A stretch of 63,692 nucleotides of DNA, filler included. It is 6 parts of 6 records of this genome, joined end to end, with 100 filler letters (N's around TTAATTAATTAA, not from the genome) between each part and the next. Parts side by side here need not be neighbours in the genome. Positions count along the whole stretch, not along the records: positions 38,829 to 57,453 come from DRR723986_9301; positions 57,554 to 63,692 come from DRR723986_9340; 4 more parts are not named here. One strand, given 5' to 3'. Below, piece after piece: positions 50,494 to 60,386 of the stretch. The translations under genes were made by a program, and so were the position numbers. Under the pieces are notes generated by a model that did no database searches, was not told the origin of the DNA, and saw only the letters and a list, made by a program, of their open reading frames with translations. Each line of letters opens with the position of its first letter. Positions within the stretch are counted from its first letter, which is position 1.

Positions 50494-51807
50494 CTATTGA
50501 CGGCCAACCGTTGTGAAAATTGCGTCCGGATCTGCCAAAATTGTCGGATCAATTTCGGGCGTGATGAAGTACAGGCCCTTTGGCGCAAAACTCAGCGCCA
50601 GGATTGCAAATGCCAGCCAGCCGACGCGCCTGCGATTCTTGGTCAGCGGCAGGTGACCGGTGACGTAAGGGTGATCCAGGCGAATCACGAAGCGCATAAT
50701 CACCGCCCAGAACAACCAGCCGGGAAAACTTGCGAACAGCCAGGGCATCAAGTCCTTGCCAAGCAGCAGCAACTCCATCACCCAGGTAATCCGGAAATAC
50801 GGGTCGAGCTGCATCACTTCCAAGGCCAGGTTGAGGAAACCAAATACGCCTAGTGTAAATAGGAGCCACCAGCAGACCCGCGCCAGAATCGACTGGACCC
50901 GCTCGCCAAACATTGCATAGGCGATGTGCCCACCATCGAGCTGGCCAATCGGAATCATATTCAGGCCCGTCAGGAAAAGCCCAAACCATCCCGCGCATAA
51001 TAAGGGATAATGGTACATCTCATTCATCGGCGGTACCCAGGCGTCACTGGCCGAGAATAAAACCTCAAACAGCGAATACAGCCCGATTTCAGAGAAATAC
51101 ATCCCACTTGTGGGAATCGCTCCGCCAAAAAATTCGAGATACTCCGGATGGATCGAATAGATAAACTCTTTGGGTGGCAGCGTCATGAAACCAACTGCCA
51201 ATATGATGACACACATGACAAAACCAGCCAATGGTCCAGCCACCCCCACATCAAATAAGGCGCGCTGACTCATGAACGGCGAACGTGTGCGAATGACAGC
51301 TCCCATCGTCCCGAAAGGATTCAGCATTGTAGCTCCGCCAAAAAGCGGAATAATTGGGAAGGGAATGAAGTAGGGTAGCGAACTGTCAATGCCGTGACGC
51401 CGGGCTGCAAAGTAGTGCCCGAATTCATGCGCTGTAATGATTGTCATTACCAGCAGGCCAAAGGAAAGGCCAACTGTCCAGGTAGACAGATCAAAAGGGT
51501 CCAGGTTGGCCCAGACCGCTCCGGCCATAGTAGTTGTAATCAGCGAAGCAATGAAGAGGCCAAGGTGCAGAGGAATGTTTTGGCGCGCCGGCCGTCCCGC
51601 TTCCGCAGCCGAACGGCTGGGAAATTGTGGCTCTTTGGGCCAGTTCTCTGGTCGGCGCCAGGTAATTTCCTGGGCTGCATGCGTTTCTGAATTGGATTCA
51701 GACTCGGGGTTTTCCAGAGAAAAGTTGCCAAGACTTGAGTCTTCCGGCGTCTTGTCCGTATTGTTTTCGGGCCTGTCTTCAGGCTTGTCTGATGTATTCT
51801 CGCTCAT
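50494..51807 (-). CDS. Site-2 protease (M50) family protein
   Basis: HEFGH, AGPLAG, LNMIPIGQLDGGH. Confidence 0.93.
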   Translation of the reverse strand: MSENTSDKPEDRPENNTDKTPEDSSLGNFSLENPESESNSETHAAQEITWRRPENWPKEPQFPSRSAAEAGRPARQNIPLHLGLFIASLITTTMAGAVWANLDPFDLSTWTVGLSFGLLVMTIITAHEFGHYFAARRHGIDSSLPYFIPFPIIPLFGGATMLNPFGTMGAVIRTRSPFMSQRALFDVGVAGPLAGFVMCVIILAVGFMTLPPKEFIYSIHPEYLEFFGGAIPTSGMYFSEIGLYSLFEVLFSASDAWVPPMNEMYHYPLLCAGWFGLFLTGLNMIPIGQLDGGHIAYAMFGERVQSILARVCWWLLFTLGVFGFLNLALEVMQLDPYFRITWVMELLLLGKDLMPWLFASFPGWLFWAVIMRFVIRLDHPYVTGHLPLTKNRRRVGWLAFAILALSFAPKGLYFITPEIDPTILADPDAIFTTVGRQ

Positions 51808-51821
51808 TGTGCTCTTTGGAT

Positions 51822-52628
51822 TTACAACTCCGCTTCAAGGCTGATTGCACCGTATGAGTCTTCCAGGTCAAAGAACATGCCGTGCACACTGGGGCCATCG
51901 TACATTCTAAATGTCAGCACGATGCCGGCAGCATCGCGTGAACCAAACTTGATTCCCAGATCGCTGGCATGTACCGCATTGTAGTCGTCGCCAATCTGTG
52001 GGATCGTCAGATTATAACCCGCGCGCAGGAACACATTTTGTGCAAGCGGCAGCAGCAGGTCCGCCCCCAGCTGCGGGGTCACGGCAGCAAAATCGTCTGG
52101 GATGCTCGAAAACAACCAGGTGCCGCCGGCGTAGAGACGCCAGTCCGAAATCTCTGCAGCCGCAATCAACTCAACAAATTCGCGGCTATAGGTAAATGCC
52201 GCACGCGGTCCGGTATATCCGTCTACCAGATGTGACGAGATATGCGCTAGCCGCAAGCGCCAGAGTAGATTCCAGCCATCATAAACGCGTCGCTGCGAAG
52301 CATTAAGACCAAAAAAGTAGTCGCTGGTTTCAACCGGGAACTTAAACCTTCCGGCCGAACGCAGGCGCGTCAAAGTAAAAAAGTCAACACCAAAGCGCGT
52401 CGCAACCGTGTCGTTGCCAATCGCAGCCAGGTCAATTGTTGTGCCGATATCCAGGCGTAGTTTATCAGGTTCCGGCTGAAAAAGCACAGCTACTCGCGGC
52501 TCAAGTGGGTTGGCCGCCAGCGGACGGAATAGAATTCCATCCGGACTCCACTCCATGGCCTCTGCAGGGCTGGAGCATAAGAGCACCAGAGCAATCAGTC
52601 CAGTGATAAGTTGTCTGCATCTGTTCAT
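51822..52628 (-). CDS. DUF1207-like exported / outer-membrane protein
   Basis: Signal peptide, LFRPLAANPLEPR, DYFFG, HISSHLVDG, YSRE. Confidence 0.7.
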   Translation of the reverse strand: MNRCRQLITGLIALVLLCSSPAEAMEWSPDGILFRPLAANPLEPRVAVLFQPEPDKLRLDIGTTIDLAAIGNDTVATRFGVDFFTLTRLRSAGRFKFPVETSDYFFGLNASQRRVYDGWNLLWRLRLAHISSHLVDGYTGPRAAFTYSREFVELIAAAEISDWRLYAGGTWLFSSIPDDFAAVTPQLGADLLLPLAQNVFLRAGYNLTIPQIGDDYNAVHASDLGIKFGSRDAAGIVLTFRMYDGPSVHGMFFDLEDSYGAISLEAEL

Positions 52629-52835
52629 TTGTCCGATTTCTCCGGGGCGCAAGAACGGAATTTGACTGCGGCAAGGGCCTGTTGGAGCGGCGCTGCAGCC
52701 AGTTAGCTACTCTGTGGAACGTGGGCTCTGGACGTTCCGCTGACGGATTCATTGCCGTACAATTTACTGATAACTCATACGCCCCTGCGGCATCTTTAGC
52801 GCAAGTCCATATAATATGTCATGTGAGCAGCCAAA

Positions 52836-53789
52836 ATGACTCAATCTCAATCGGCGTCGCTGAGTACGCCGCCACCGGCGTCAGCTTTGGCCTGGGCTTT
52901 GCTGGGATTACTTGGCTTCATTTGGGGCAGCAGTTATTTCCTGATCAAACGTGGCCTGGAAGCCTATGAGCCGGAAATGGTGGCGGGTTTGCGCGTTGTT
53001 ATCACGTTTCTGTGCCTTCTGCCTTTTGGGCTTGTTAGCCTGCGCGCTGCGCGGCGGCGTCACATTTTTCCGCTCGCAATTGTCGGCATTTTAGGCACGG
53101 CGCTGCCGGCTATATTGTTCAGCGTGGCACAGACGCACATTTCCAGTTCCGTGACGGGTATCCTGAATTCATTGACGCCATTGTTTACGTTGATCGTGGC
53201 TGGAGTGGTCTTTAAGATCCGTTTTGGCGTGCGCAGCATTGTTGGAGTATCCTTTGGGTTGGCGGGCGCCGTCATGATAATTCTGGCCGCTGCCGGAGTC
53301 GAGGCCGGCGGCAATCCGCTCTACGGCATTCTGATTGTACTGGCAACGCTGGCCTATGCGTTTTCCACGAATTACATGAAGTACCGCCTGGCGGATTTGA
53401 AGCCGGTTCAGACTATGAGCCTGGCTTTGATGTTTGCCGCCCCGCCATACATTATTTATCTGCTGCTGAATGCTGGAGACTTCTGGCATGTGACGCTCAA
53501 CCATCCTGCGGCGATGGGCTCACTGACCAGCATTGTGCTGCTGGGCTCGCTGGGGACGGCATTTGCGATTGTGATGTTTGCTAAACTGGTGCAGATGTGT
53601 TCACCAGTATTCGCCGTCTCGGTGACCTATCTAATTCCAATCGTCTCTCTTTTTTGGGGTGTACTTGACGGCGAAACAATCGGCTGGCCCCAGATTCTGG
53701 GCTTAGTTGTCATTCTGGCCGGGGTTTACCTTGTGAATTCGCGGCCGTCTGTGCCCGGCAGTCCGGCAGTGGCCGCCAAAACTGAATAA
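52836..53789 (+). CDS. EamA/DMT family transporter
   Basis: IWGSS, LNSLTPLF, VTYLIP, about 10 TM helices. Confidence 0.93.
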   Translation: MTQSQSASLSTPPPASALAWALLGLLGFIWGSSYFLIKRGLEAYEPEMVAGLRVVITFLCLLPFGLVSLRAARRRHIFPLAIVGILGTALPAILFSVAQTHISSSVTGILNSLTPLFTLIVAGVVFKIRFGVRSIVGVSFGLAGAVMIILAAAGVEAGGNPLYGILIVLATLAYAFSTNYMKYRLADLKPVQTMSLALMFAAPPYIIYLLLNAGDFWHVTLNHPAAMGSLTSIVLLGSLGTAFAIVMFAKLVQMCSPVFAVSVTYLIPIVSLFWGVLDGETIGWPQILGLVVILAGVYLVNSRPSVPGSPAVAAKTE

Positions 53790-53845
53790 TTGTTTTTGTG
53801 CTGTTAGCTATTAGTTGTAAATTGTAAGTCTTGACTTTTTTATCA

Positions 53846-53910
53846 ACTTCTGCTTGCGGCCGCTCTGGCGCGCGTAGCTGTTTTGCGCGATCAAAACATC
53901 CATAGGAGTG
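53846..53910 (+). promoter_or_regulatory. Putative S6:S18 ribosomal protein leader
   Basis: ACTTCTG can pair with TAGGAGT (SD). CTTGC lies opposite CCA, and GGCCGC follows, as in the known rpsF leader. Confidence 0.55.
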
Positions 53911-53913
53911 TTA

Positions 53914-54504
53914 ATGGGTGCCAAAAAATGGTACGAAACGACGTTGATTGTTAATGCCGGCCTTGAAGACCAAGGTGTTGACGCCGTCGTAGACAAGACC
54001 ACCGACTTCATCAAAGAACATGGTGGCGAGATTGATCTTCTTGAGAAATGGGGCCGTAAACGCCTCGCATATGCCATCAACAAGAAAAATAATGGCTACT
54101 TCGTGTACATGCTGTTTCAGGCAACTGCCGAAGTACCACCACTGATGGAGCGTTTTTTCTTCCTGGAAGAAAACGTTATTCGCCAGTTGACGGTATATCT
54201 CTCGACAAATGACCTGGCATTCCGCCGTAAGCGTCTGGAAGAGCGCGAAACTGCCAGCGCCGAGCCGGTAATCTCGAAAAGCGTCGATCGCCGTCCACGT
54301 GATGGCCGCGGCCAGCGCAACGAGGAAAATCGTCCACGCGTTAAGCGCATTGAGAAAACCACTCCTGCCGTTGCAGCAGCCAAAGCCGCCGAAGCAAATG
54401 CTGCTTCGAAAGCGCGTGCCAAAGCTGAAAGCGCCGCAGCCGAAGCTGCCGCCAGTGCAACTGCAGCCGCAGCACCTGCGCCTACGGAAGAGTCCGGCAA
54501 CTAA
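53914..54504 (+). CDS. rpsF: 30S ribosomal protein S6 with long C-terminal extension
   Basis: YETTLIV, WGRKRLAYAI, GYFV, then an R-rich and Ala-rich tail. Confidence 0.95.
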   Translation: MGAKKWYETTLIVNAGLEDQGVDAVVDKTTDFIKEHGGEIDLLEKWGRKRLAYAINKKNNGYFVYMLFQATAEVPPLMERFFFLEENVIRQLTVYLSTNDLAFRRKRLEERETASAEPVISKSVDRRPRDGRGQRNEENRPRVKRIEKTTPAVAAAKAAEANAASKARAKAESAAAEAAASATAAAAPAPTEESGN

Positions 54505-54587
54505 TGTACAGTACCGGTGCAAAACAGTATTCCTGATTTGCACTGCGTCATCATCTTCTTTTTCGAGAAAAATTACCTGATACTGCA

Positions 54588-55031
54588 ATGAAAGTCATCT
54601 TACGGCAGGAAGTCGAAAAGCTCGGGAATATCGGTGATGTAGTCACCGTCAAAGACGGCTACGCTCGCAACTTCCTTATCCCGCGCGGCATGGCATATTA
54701 TGCTTCCCCGCGTGCATTGCGTATGATCGAGTCGGAAAAAATCCAGCACGATCGCCGCATGCAGAAAATGAAGACCAGCGCTGAACACTTGGCTATGAAG
54801 CTGGGTGACATCCAAATCACTATCCCAATGCAGGTTGGTGAAGAGGATCGTCTCTTCGGTACGGTTACTTCCCTGATGCTCGCCCAAGAACTCGCAGACC
54901 GCGGGTACGAAATCGATCGTCGGACGATTTTAATCGAAGAGCCAATTCGCTCGCTCGGTATATTTGATGTGAAGATCAAATTGCACCCAGAAGTGATCGC
55001 TACGATCAAAGTATGGGTCATCAGTGCCTGA
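54588..55031 (+). CDS. rplI: 50S ribosomal protein L9
   Basis: MKVIL...LG..GDVVTVKDGYARNFLIP, LFGTVT, LHPEV. Confidence 0.98.
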   Translation: MKVILRQEVEKLGNIGDVVTVKDGYARNFLIPRGMAYYASPRALRMIESEKIQHDRRMQKMKTSAEHLAMKLGDIQITIPMQVGEEDRLFGTVTSLMLAQELADRGYEIDRRTILIEEPIRSLGIFDVKIKLHPEVIATIKVWVISA

Positions 55032-55265
55032 GCCGCGTAAAGCGTCCCAAAACTTACGGCACGCGCCGGTGTAATTATCTTCAGGAATCCCACGCGGATG
55101 CCGCAGATATTAACACCGGCGCGTGATCTGTTTTAAAGACGGGCCAGCCCTGAATGGCTCCCGCACATCCGCAGATTGCAGGGCACCTAATTATTCGGTA
55201 ATTTAGTCGTCTCAATCCGCAATTGTTAATCGCGCAATCCCAGATTATTCTGTTCGGAGAGTTCC

Positions 55266-57053
55266 ATGATAGTCGAAGTGGTTATGCCCAAGATGGGCGA
55301 ATCGATACAGGAAGGCAAGATACTTCAGTGGCTGAAAAAAGAAGGCGAAACCATTGAGCGGGATGAGATTATTCTGGAAATCTCAACCGATAAAGTAGAT
55401 ACAGAAGTCCCGGCGCCTCAAGCCGGTGTCCTGGCCAAAATTTTGTTCCACGAAGACGATACCGTCGAAGTTGGAACCGTGATCGCTCACCTGGAAACGG
55501 ATGCCTCCGCCGCACCCGCACCAGCCGCAGATGCTCCTGCCGCCGCGCCCGCCGCTGCCGCACCAGCACCTGCTCCGGAACCAGTCGCTGAGCCCGTAGC
55601 CGCCGCTCCAGCCGAAGTCGCTGAAGCACCCGTTGCTGCATCCGGCAACCTCACTGAAGTTGTCATGCCCAAAATGGGTGAGTCCATCCAGGAAGGCAAA
55701 GTCCTCCAGTGGCTCAAAAAAGTTGGCGATACCATCGAACGCGATGAAATAATCCTCGAAATTTCCACCGACAAAGTCGATACGGAAGTTCCGTCACCCG
55801 TCAGTGGTGTGCTCGCCGAAGTGCTGGTACAGGAAGACGAGACGGTAGAAGTAGGCACCGTGATTGCACGCATCGGCGATACTGCCGGCGCTGCTGCTGC
55901 GGCACCTGCTACCAAAGCTGCTCCGGCTGCCGCTCCAGCCGCAAGTAATGGCCACAGCGCTCCTGCTGCCGGCTCCACAAATGGAACTGCACCGGCCGCC
56001 GCTATTCCTGCCGGTGGTGGCACTACAGTCATCCCGCGCAGACACAATAACCGCTTCTACTCGCCGCTGGTACGTACCATCGCCGAAAAAGAGGGTGTCA
56101 CGCTCGAAGAATTAGAGACGCTCGGCGGGTCAGGCCTTGACGGTCGTGTTACCAAACACGATCTGTTTGCCTATCTCAAAGACCGTCCTGCCGGTGGCGC
56201 TGTAGCTCAGCCTGCCGCTCCTGCGCCCGCTGCGCCTGCCAAAGCCGCTCCGGCACCAGCTTCCAAAGCTGCACCGGCACCGGCCAAAGCAGCTGCTCCA
56301 GCACAAATGGAAGACGAGCAAATCTACCGCAAATACGGCCAGGACGTCGAAATCATCAAGATGGATCACATCCGTCAGTTGATTGCCGACCACATGGTTA
56401 ACTCCAAACAAACCTCAGCACACGTAACAAGTGTTGTGGAAGCCGACGTCACCGACATCATGCAGTATCGCGGTCGCATCAAGGATGACTTCCTGAAACG
56501 CGAAGGTGTTAAACTGACGGTTACGCCATTTTTCTGCCGCGCCCTCATCGAAGGCGTCCGCGCATTCCCAATGGTGAATGTTAGCGTGGAAGGCAAAAAA
56601 ATCGTGCGTCACAAACACCTTAACCTCGGCATGGCGACCGTACTTCCCGACGGCAATTTAATTGTACCGGTTATTAAAGACGCAGACGCACTTAATATTA
56701 CGGGCATCGCGCGTTCAATTAACGACCTGGCAACACGTGCACGCACACGTAAATTGCAGCCCGACGAAATTCAGGGCGGTACGATTACCTTAACAAACGT
56801 CGGTGGTTTTGGAACGCTCTTCGGTACTCCGGTAATTAACCAACCACAAACCTGCATTATCGGTGTTGGCGCCGTGCAGAAAAAACCAGTGGTTCGCGAA
56901 GTTGCGGGCAACGACATGATCCTGATTCGTCACATGATGTACCTTTCGATCACCTACGATCACCGCGTAATTGACGGTGCTCTGGCAGGCAACTGCCTCT
57001 CGGCGATCAAGAAGAGCATGGAAGGTATGAACGAAAACACTGTTCAGCTCTGA
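55266..57053 (+). CDS. 2-oxoacid dehydrogenase E2 dihydrolipoamide acyltransferase (SucB-like) with two lipoyl domains
   Basis: Two EISTDKVDTEVP lipoyl motifs, E3-binding SPLVR...GRVTK, catalytic YDHRVIDG. Confidence 0.93.
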   Translation: MIVEVVMPKMGESIQEGKILQWLKKEGETIERDEIILEISTDKVDTEVPAPQAGVLAKILFHEDDTVEVGTVIAHLETDASAAPAPAADAPAAAPAAAAPAPAPEPVAEPVAAAPAEVAEAPVAASGNLTEVVMPKMGESIQEGKVLQWLKKVGDTIERDEIILEISTDKVDTEVPSPVSGVLAEVLVQEDETVEVGTVIARIGDTAGAAAAAPATKAAPAAAPAASNGHSAPAAGSTNGTAPAAAIPAGGGTTVIPRRHNNRFYSPLVRTIAEKEGVTLEELETLGGSGLDGRVTKHDLFAYLKDRPAGGAVAQPAAPAPAAPAKAAPAPASKAAPAPAKAAAPAQMEDEQIYRKYGQDVEIIKMDHIRQLIADHMVNSKQTSAHVTSVVEADVTDIMQYRGRIKDDFLKREGVKLTVTPFFCRALIEGVRAFPMVNVSVEGKKIVRHKHLNLGMATVLPDGNLIVPVIKDADALNITGIARSINDLATRARTRKLQPDEIQGGTITLTNVGGFGTLFGTPVINQPQTCIIGVGAVQKKPVVREVAGNDMILIRHMMYLSITYDHRVIDGALAGNCLSAIKKSMEGMNENTVQL

Positions 57054-57100
57054 GCGTAAATTCTCCTGCTGCTGTCCAGTTGTTAATAGATTAAAGCTCA

Positions 57101-57138
57101 AAGGCTCTGCATCTCCGGATGTGGAGCCTTTTTTTTTT
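57101..57138 (+). terminator. Rho-independent terminator
   Basis: AAGGCTCTGCATC-tccg-GATGTGGAGCCTT followed by a T run. Confidence 0.92.
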
Positions 57139-57302
57139 GTGTTAAGTTTCGACTGTTAAGTGGCGCTTTGAGCCCAGTACTGCTCGCGGCTTGCAGCCGT
57201 TGCGCATACAGGTCTCAGGCTTGGGGTTTGCTCTTGTTAGTTCTTGTGTCCGCAACCCATGGCCGCTGAATCTACAGCTAAAGAAACCACTGAAGGGTGG
57301 AG

Positions 57303-57453
57303 GTGTTTGTGGATACGGCGTGAAATTCGGCAACTAACAATTGTTTCTCATAGCGTAACGATATGCATACGGCCTATGCCGATTATTCAGTTAATTGCGT
57401 TTGGGGTCTGTAGCTCAGTCTTTGAGACTTTGGGCTAGAAGCAGCCCCCACCA
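57303..57453. repeat. Noncoding element homologous to 14975-15123, truncated at contig end
   Basis: Same hand alignment (about 70%). Both copies end GGGCTAGAARCAGYCCCCACC. Confidence 0.8.
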
Positions 57454-57553
57454 NNNNNNNNNNNNNNNNNNNNNNNNNNNNNNNNNNNNNNNNNNNNTTA
57501 ATTAATTAANNNNNNNNNNNNNNNNNNNNNNNNNNNNNNNNNNNNNNNNNNNN
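57454..57553. other. Artificial contig linker
   Basis: N-run + TTAATTAATTAA + N-run. Confidence 0.99.
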
Positions 57554-57679
57554 AACGATTGCCGGCCCCAGGAACAGGTATCCATACCAGCGCTCTCGCC
57601 TGAGGCCGGATGCCCGCCATATGTCGCGTTTCCCGGGCGTTTTGACCGCGTCTTGGAAAGCTGTGTCTACAGTCGTCAT
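57554..57679 (-). CDS. Sugar ABC permease, 5' fragment
   Basis: MTTVD...RERWYGYLFLGPAIV directly downstream of the binding-protein gene. Confidence 0.75.
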
Positions 57680-57704
57680 GATAGTTTCCTGGGGCCGGGT
57701 TTGA

Positions 57705-58976
57705 TCAGAGGTCGTTCAGCTTGGCTGTTACGGTCTCATCGAGTTCCTGCAGGATTTCCGTCAGGCGCTCGGGTTCCAGAAGAGCTTCCTGAAGGGCCTG
57801 CACGACGTCCTTGCCGGCGACATCTGCCCATACGGGTGTCGGTGCCGGAATGGTTTTTGCCACCGCCCCGATCTCCAGGAATTTGGCAACGATGGGGTCA
57901 TTCTTGATTTCCGGTTGCTCTGCGACGTCCGTGCGAAGCGGCATGTAGTTGGCTTCCAGCATGGCGCGTGTCTGCCACTTCGGGCTGACGATATGTTGCA
58001 GGAACTTCCAGGCCTGTTCCGGGTGTTCGCAGCTGGAAGAGATCATTTCAGCAGTGATCTTGGCGACGGTGCGTGGCTGATCCGTATTTGCGGGTGGCCA
58101 GGCGACCAGCAGCTTGCCTTTCAGGTCCGGATTGTCGTTCAGGACCTTGGCCAGGCCCCAATAGGCGTTGCGCATGGATGCGATCTTGCCCTGGGCAAAC
58201 AGGGTCGTCTGTTCCGCATAGTTGATCGTGGCCGGTCCGGGAGCCGCAACGCCCTTTTCAGCCAGGCCGAGATAGAACTTGATGGCCTCGACCGTTTTCG
58301 GATCTTTGGAGAACAGGGATTCCGTATAGTCGTCATTGAAGGCCCGGCCGCCATTGGAATAGATCCAGCTCAACAACGTGCGTGTGGTGGTCGTCGTCGG
58401 GCCGGCAAGAATGGCCGTGCCCCACTGGTCGTCAGTGGTGAGTTTCTGCATCCACTGTGAATATTCGTCCCAGGTGGTCGGCAGAGCCTCAGGGTCCAGA
58501 CCGGCAGCCTCGACAAGATCCCTGTTGTAAATTTCAGCGTAGATGCCGGCGTAGACCGGCAGCGCATAAAGGCTGCCCTCGAAGGTGACCGCGCTGAGGA
58601 TATCCTGCGGCCAGACGGACTTGAAATCGTCACCGCTTGCTTCAAAGAACTCGTCAAGCGGATGGAGGTAGCCGTTATAGGCCGCAGTCGTGACGTCGCC
58701 GCGATAGATACACGGTGCTTTTCGAGCCTGGGCAGCGGTTGCGAATTTCGTCCAGTCTTCCTTGCGCGCAACGAGGATCGGCTTGATCTTGATGTCCGGG
58801 TTTTCGGCCTCGAACTCGGCGATCATTTCTTCCGCCAGCGGCGCGAACTGCTTCTCGCTGAGCGACGTCGATTGCCAGGTGATGGTGACGGGCTCCGCCT
58901 GTGACGGCAGGGAGCTCATTGCTGCCAGCATGGTCCCGCAACTGGCTGCCAGCAGCCATTTTCCAGAATTCCTCAT
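57705..58976 (-). CDS. Carbohydrate ABC transporter substrate-binding protein
   Basis: Signal peptide, FEAENPDIKI, LYALP, YNRDLVEAAGL, PTTWDE, FAQGKIA. Confidence 0.93.
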   Translation of the reverse strand: MRNSGKWLLAASCGTMLAAMSSLPSQAEPVTITWQSTSLSEKQFAPLAEEMIAEFEAENPDIKIKPILVARKEDWTKFATAAQARKAPCIYRGDVTTAAYNGYLHPLDEFFEASGDDFKSVWPQDILSAVTFEGSLYALPVYAGIYAEIYNRDLVEAAGLDPEALPTTWDEYSQWMQKLTTDDQWGTAILAGPTTTTTRTLLSWIYSNGGRAFNDDYTESLFSKDPKTVEAIKFYLGLAEKGVAAPGPATINYAEQTTLFAQGKIASMRNAYWGLAKVLNDNPDLKGKLLVAWPPANTDQPRTVAKITAEMISSSCEHPEQAWKFLQHIVSPKWQTRAMLEANYMPLRTDVAEQPEIKNDPIVAKFLEIGAVAKTIPAPTPVWADVAGKDVVQALQEALLEPERLTEILQELDETVTAKLNDL

Positions 58977-59016
58977 CTTTCATCTCCTCCAACTGAAAGC
59001 CGATAAACGCCAAGAT

Positions 59017-59088
59017 ATTGAAACGTTTCAATGAATGACTTCAAAAAAACCGCTCAAGGCGGTATTGATTATTGAAACGTTTCAATAA
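59017..59088. promoter_or_regulatory. Two LacI-family operators
   Basis: Perfect palindrome ATTGAAACGTTTCAAT at 59017-59032 and 59071-59086. The second extends to 20 bp. Confidence 0.9.
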
Positions 59089-59152
59089 GTGTAGCATTAT
59101 CATCCGGTACCGGCAAGAGAGATTCTGGGCAGTGCTAGAGCGATATTTTTAA

Positions 59153-60148
59153 ATGTCTGATTCAAATAAGAAAATTAACATTACGGATGTGTCCAAAGCT
59201 GCCGGCGTCTCGGTTGGAACTGTTTCGAACGTTTTGAACAACACCCGATTTGTAAGCGAAGAAAAACGGCAGCTCGTTCTGAAAGCTGCCAGTGATCTCG
59301 GGTTCCAACTGGACAGCACGGCGCAGACCCTCAGGCGCAAAAAAACCCGGACGATCGGGTTCTGTACCACATATGCAACGCCTGCCTTCCTCAGCGCTCT
59401 CGCGGAAACTTTCGAAGATGCAGCGGAAAAGCATGGCTTTGACATGGTGATGGCCGTTTCTCACCAGGATCCTGAAAGGGAACTCAGCCGGGTGAAGACC
59501 CTCTTGCAGCGCAAGGTTGACGGTCTGGTCCTTCTGCCGACCTGGCAGCCGCAAAAGTCGCTCGACCTGATTGCCGGTTCCGATGTTCCGGCCGTGATCA
59601 TCGAACGTTTGAACGAAGACGATCGCTTCGACTACGTGACAGTCGATCAGAACGATCTGATGCAGCAGATTGTTCGCCAACTTGCAGAACGGGGGCGAAA
59701 ACACATCCTTTTCATCCCCCAGAGAAAGGACCTTATCGTGTCACGGCAAAGAGCTGCGGGCATCGAACAGGCAATTGCGAACAACGGGAACGCCATCCGA
59801 AGCAGCGTTCTGGAGCGTGGTGAGGATGTTGCCGATTTTGAAGCGCGGTTTCAGAAGGCGCTGCGGTCCTCAACACCACCGGACGCAATTGTCGTCGGCA
59901 ACAGCTCCGTTGCAATCTGGACCTTGAGAGCGCTGAAGGCGCAAGGCGCGTCCAGCGATCGCGACATTTCCGTCGTTACGCTGGATGACCCGGACTGGGG
60001 GGATCTTGTGACACCGCCGATCGGTTGTGTCCGCTATCCCGTCAATGCAATCGTGGACAATGCCTGGGACCTGCTCGAAAAGCGCATGCAAAACGTGTCG
60101 ACCGGGTCCAGCAAGATCGTCGTACCGGCAGAATACCTGTCGCGCTAA
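59153..60148 (+). CDS. LacI family regulator
   Basis: ITDVSKAAGVSVGTVSNVLN, KVDGL, DISVV. Confidence 0.96.
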   Translation: MSDSNKKINITDVSKAAGVSVGTVSNVLNNTRFVSEEKRQLVLKAASDLGFQLDSTAQTLRRKKTRTIGFCTTYATPAFLSALAETFEDAAEKHGFDMVMAVSHQDPERELSRVKTLLQRKVDGLVLLPTWQPQKSLDLIAGSDVPAVIIERLNEDDRFDYVTVDQNDLMQQIVRQLAERGRKHILFIPQRKDLIVSRQRAAGIEQAIANNGNAIRSSVLERGEDVADFEARFQKALRSSTPPDAIVVGNSSVAIWTLRALKAQGASSDRDISVVTLDDPDWGDLVTPPIGCVRYPVNAIVDNAWDLLEKRMQNVSTGSSKIVVPAEYLSR

Positions 60149-60386
60149 CGACGTTCGTAGGTCTTGGTTCAGCCGTCGAGATCGCGTTCGGACAGAATGC
60201 GATCGACCGGTCCCCATTCGAGGGACTCTTCCGGTGTCATGCGCTCCTTCGTGCGCAGGATTTTTTCCGCATGGATCGCCAGGTCCAACGCCATCATCAA
60301 GGCATGGCCTGATCGTCAGAAACGTTCGGTTGCCGCTGATCGGCTGTAGCTGAAACCGCACGACACTTTCCAGAAACGGCAGTGGC

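Noticed and set aside
54240-54504. S6 tail as a fused S18
   Set aside because: No S18 motifs (IDYK, GKI.P.R) are present. The tail is low complexity.
55266-55880. Internal DNA duplication in the E2 gene
   Set aside because: Ordinary tandem lipoyl domains.
57240-57453. TnpB/IscB remnant or omega-RNA at the contig end
   Set aside because: No RuvC or zinc-finger coding remnant (such as DxNAAxNI) found in the frames I checked.
15124-57553. Recurrent TTAATTAATTAA flanked by N runs (five copies)
   Set aside because: Artificial contig linkers. No gene linkage across them was interpreted.
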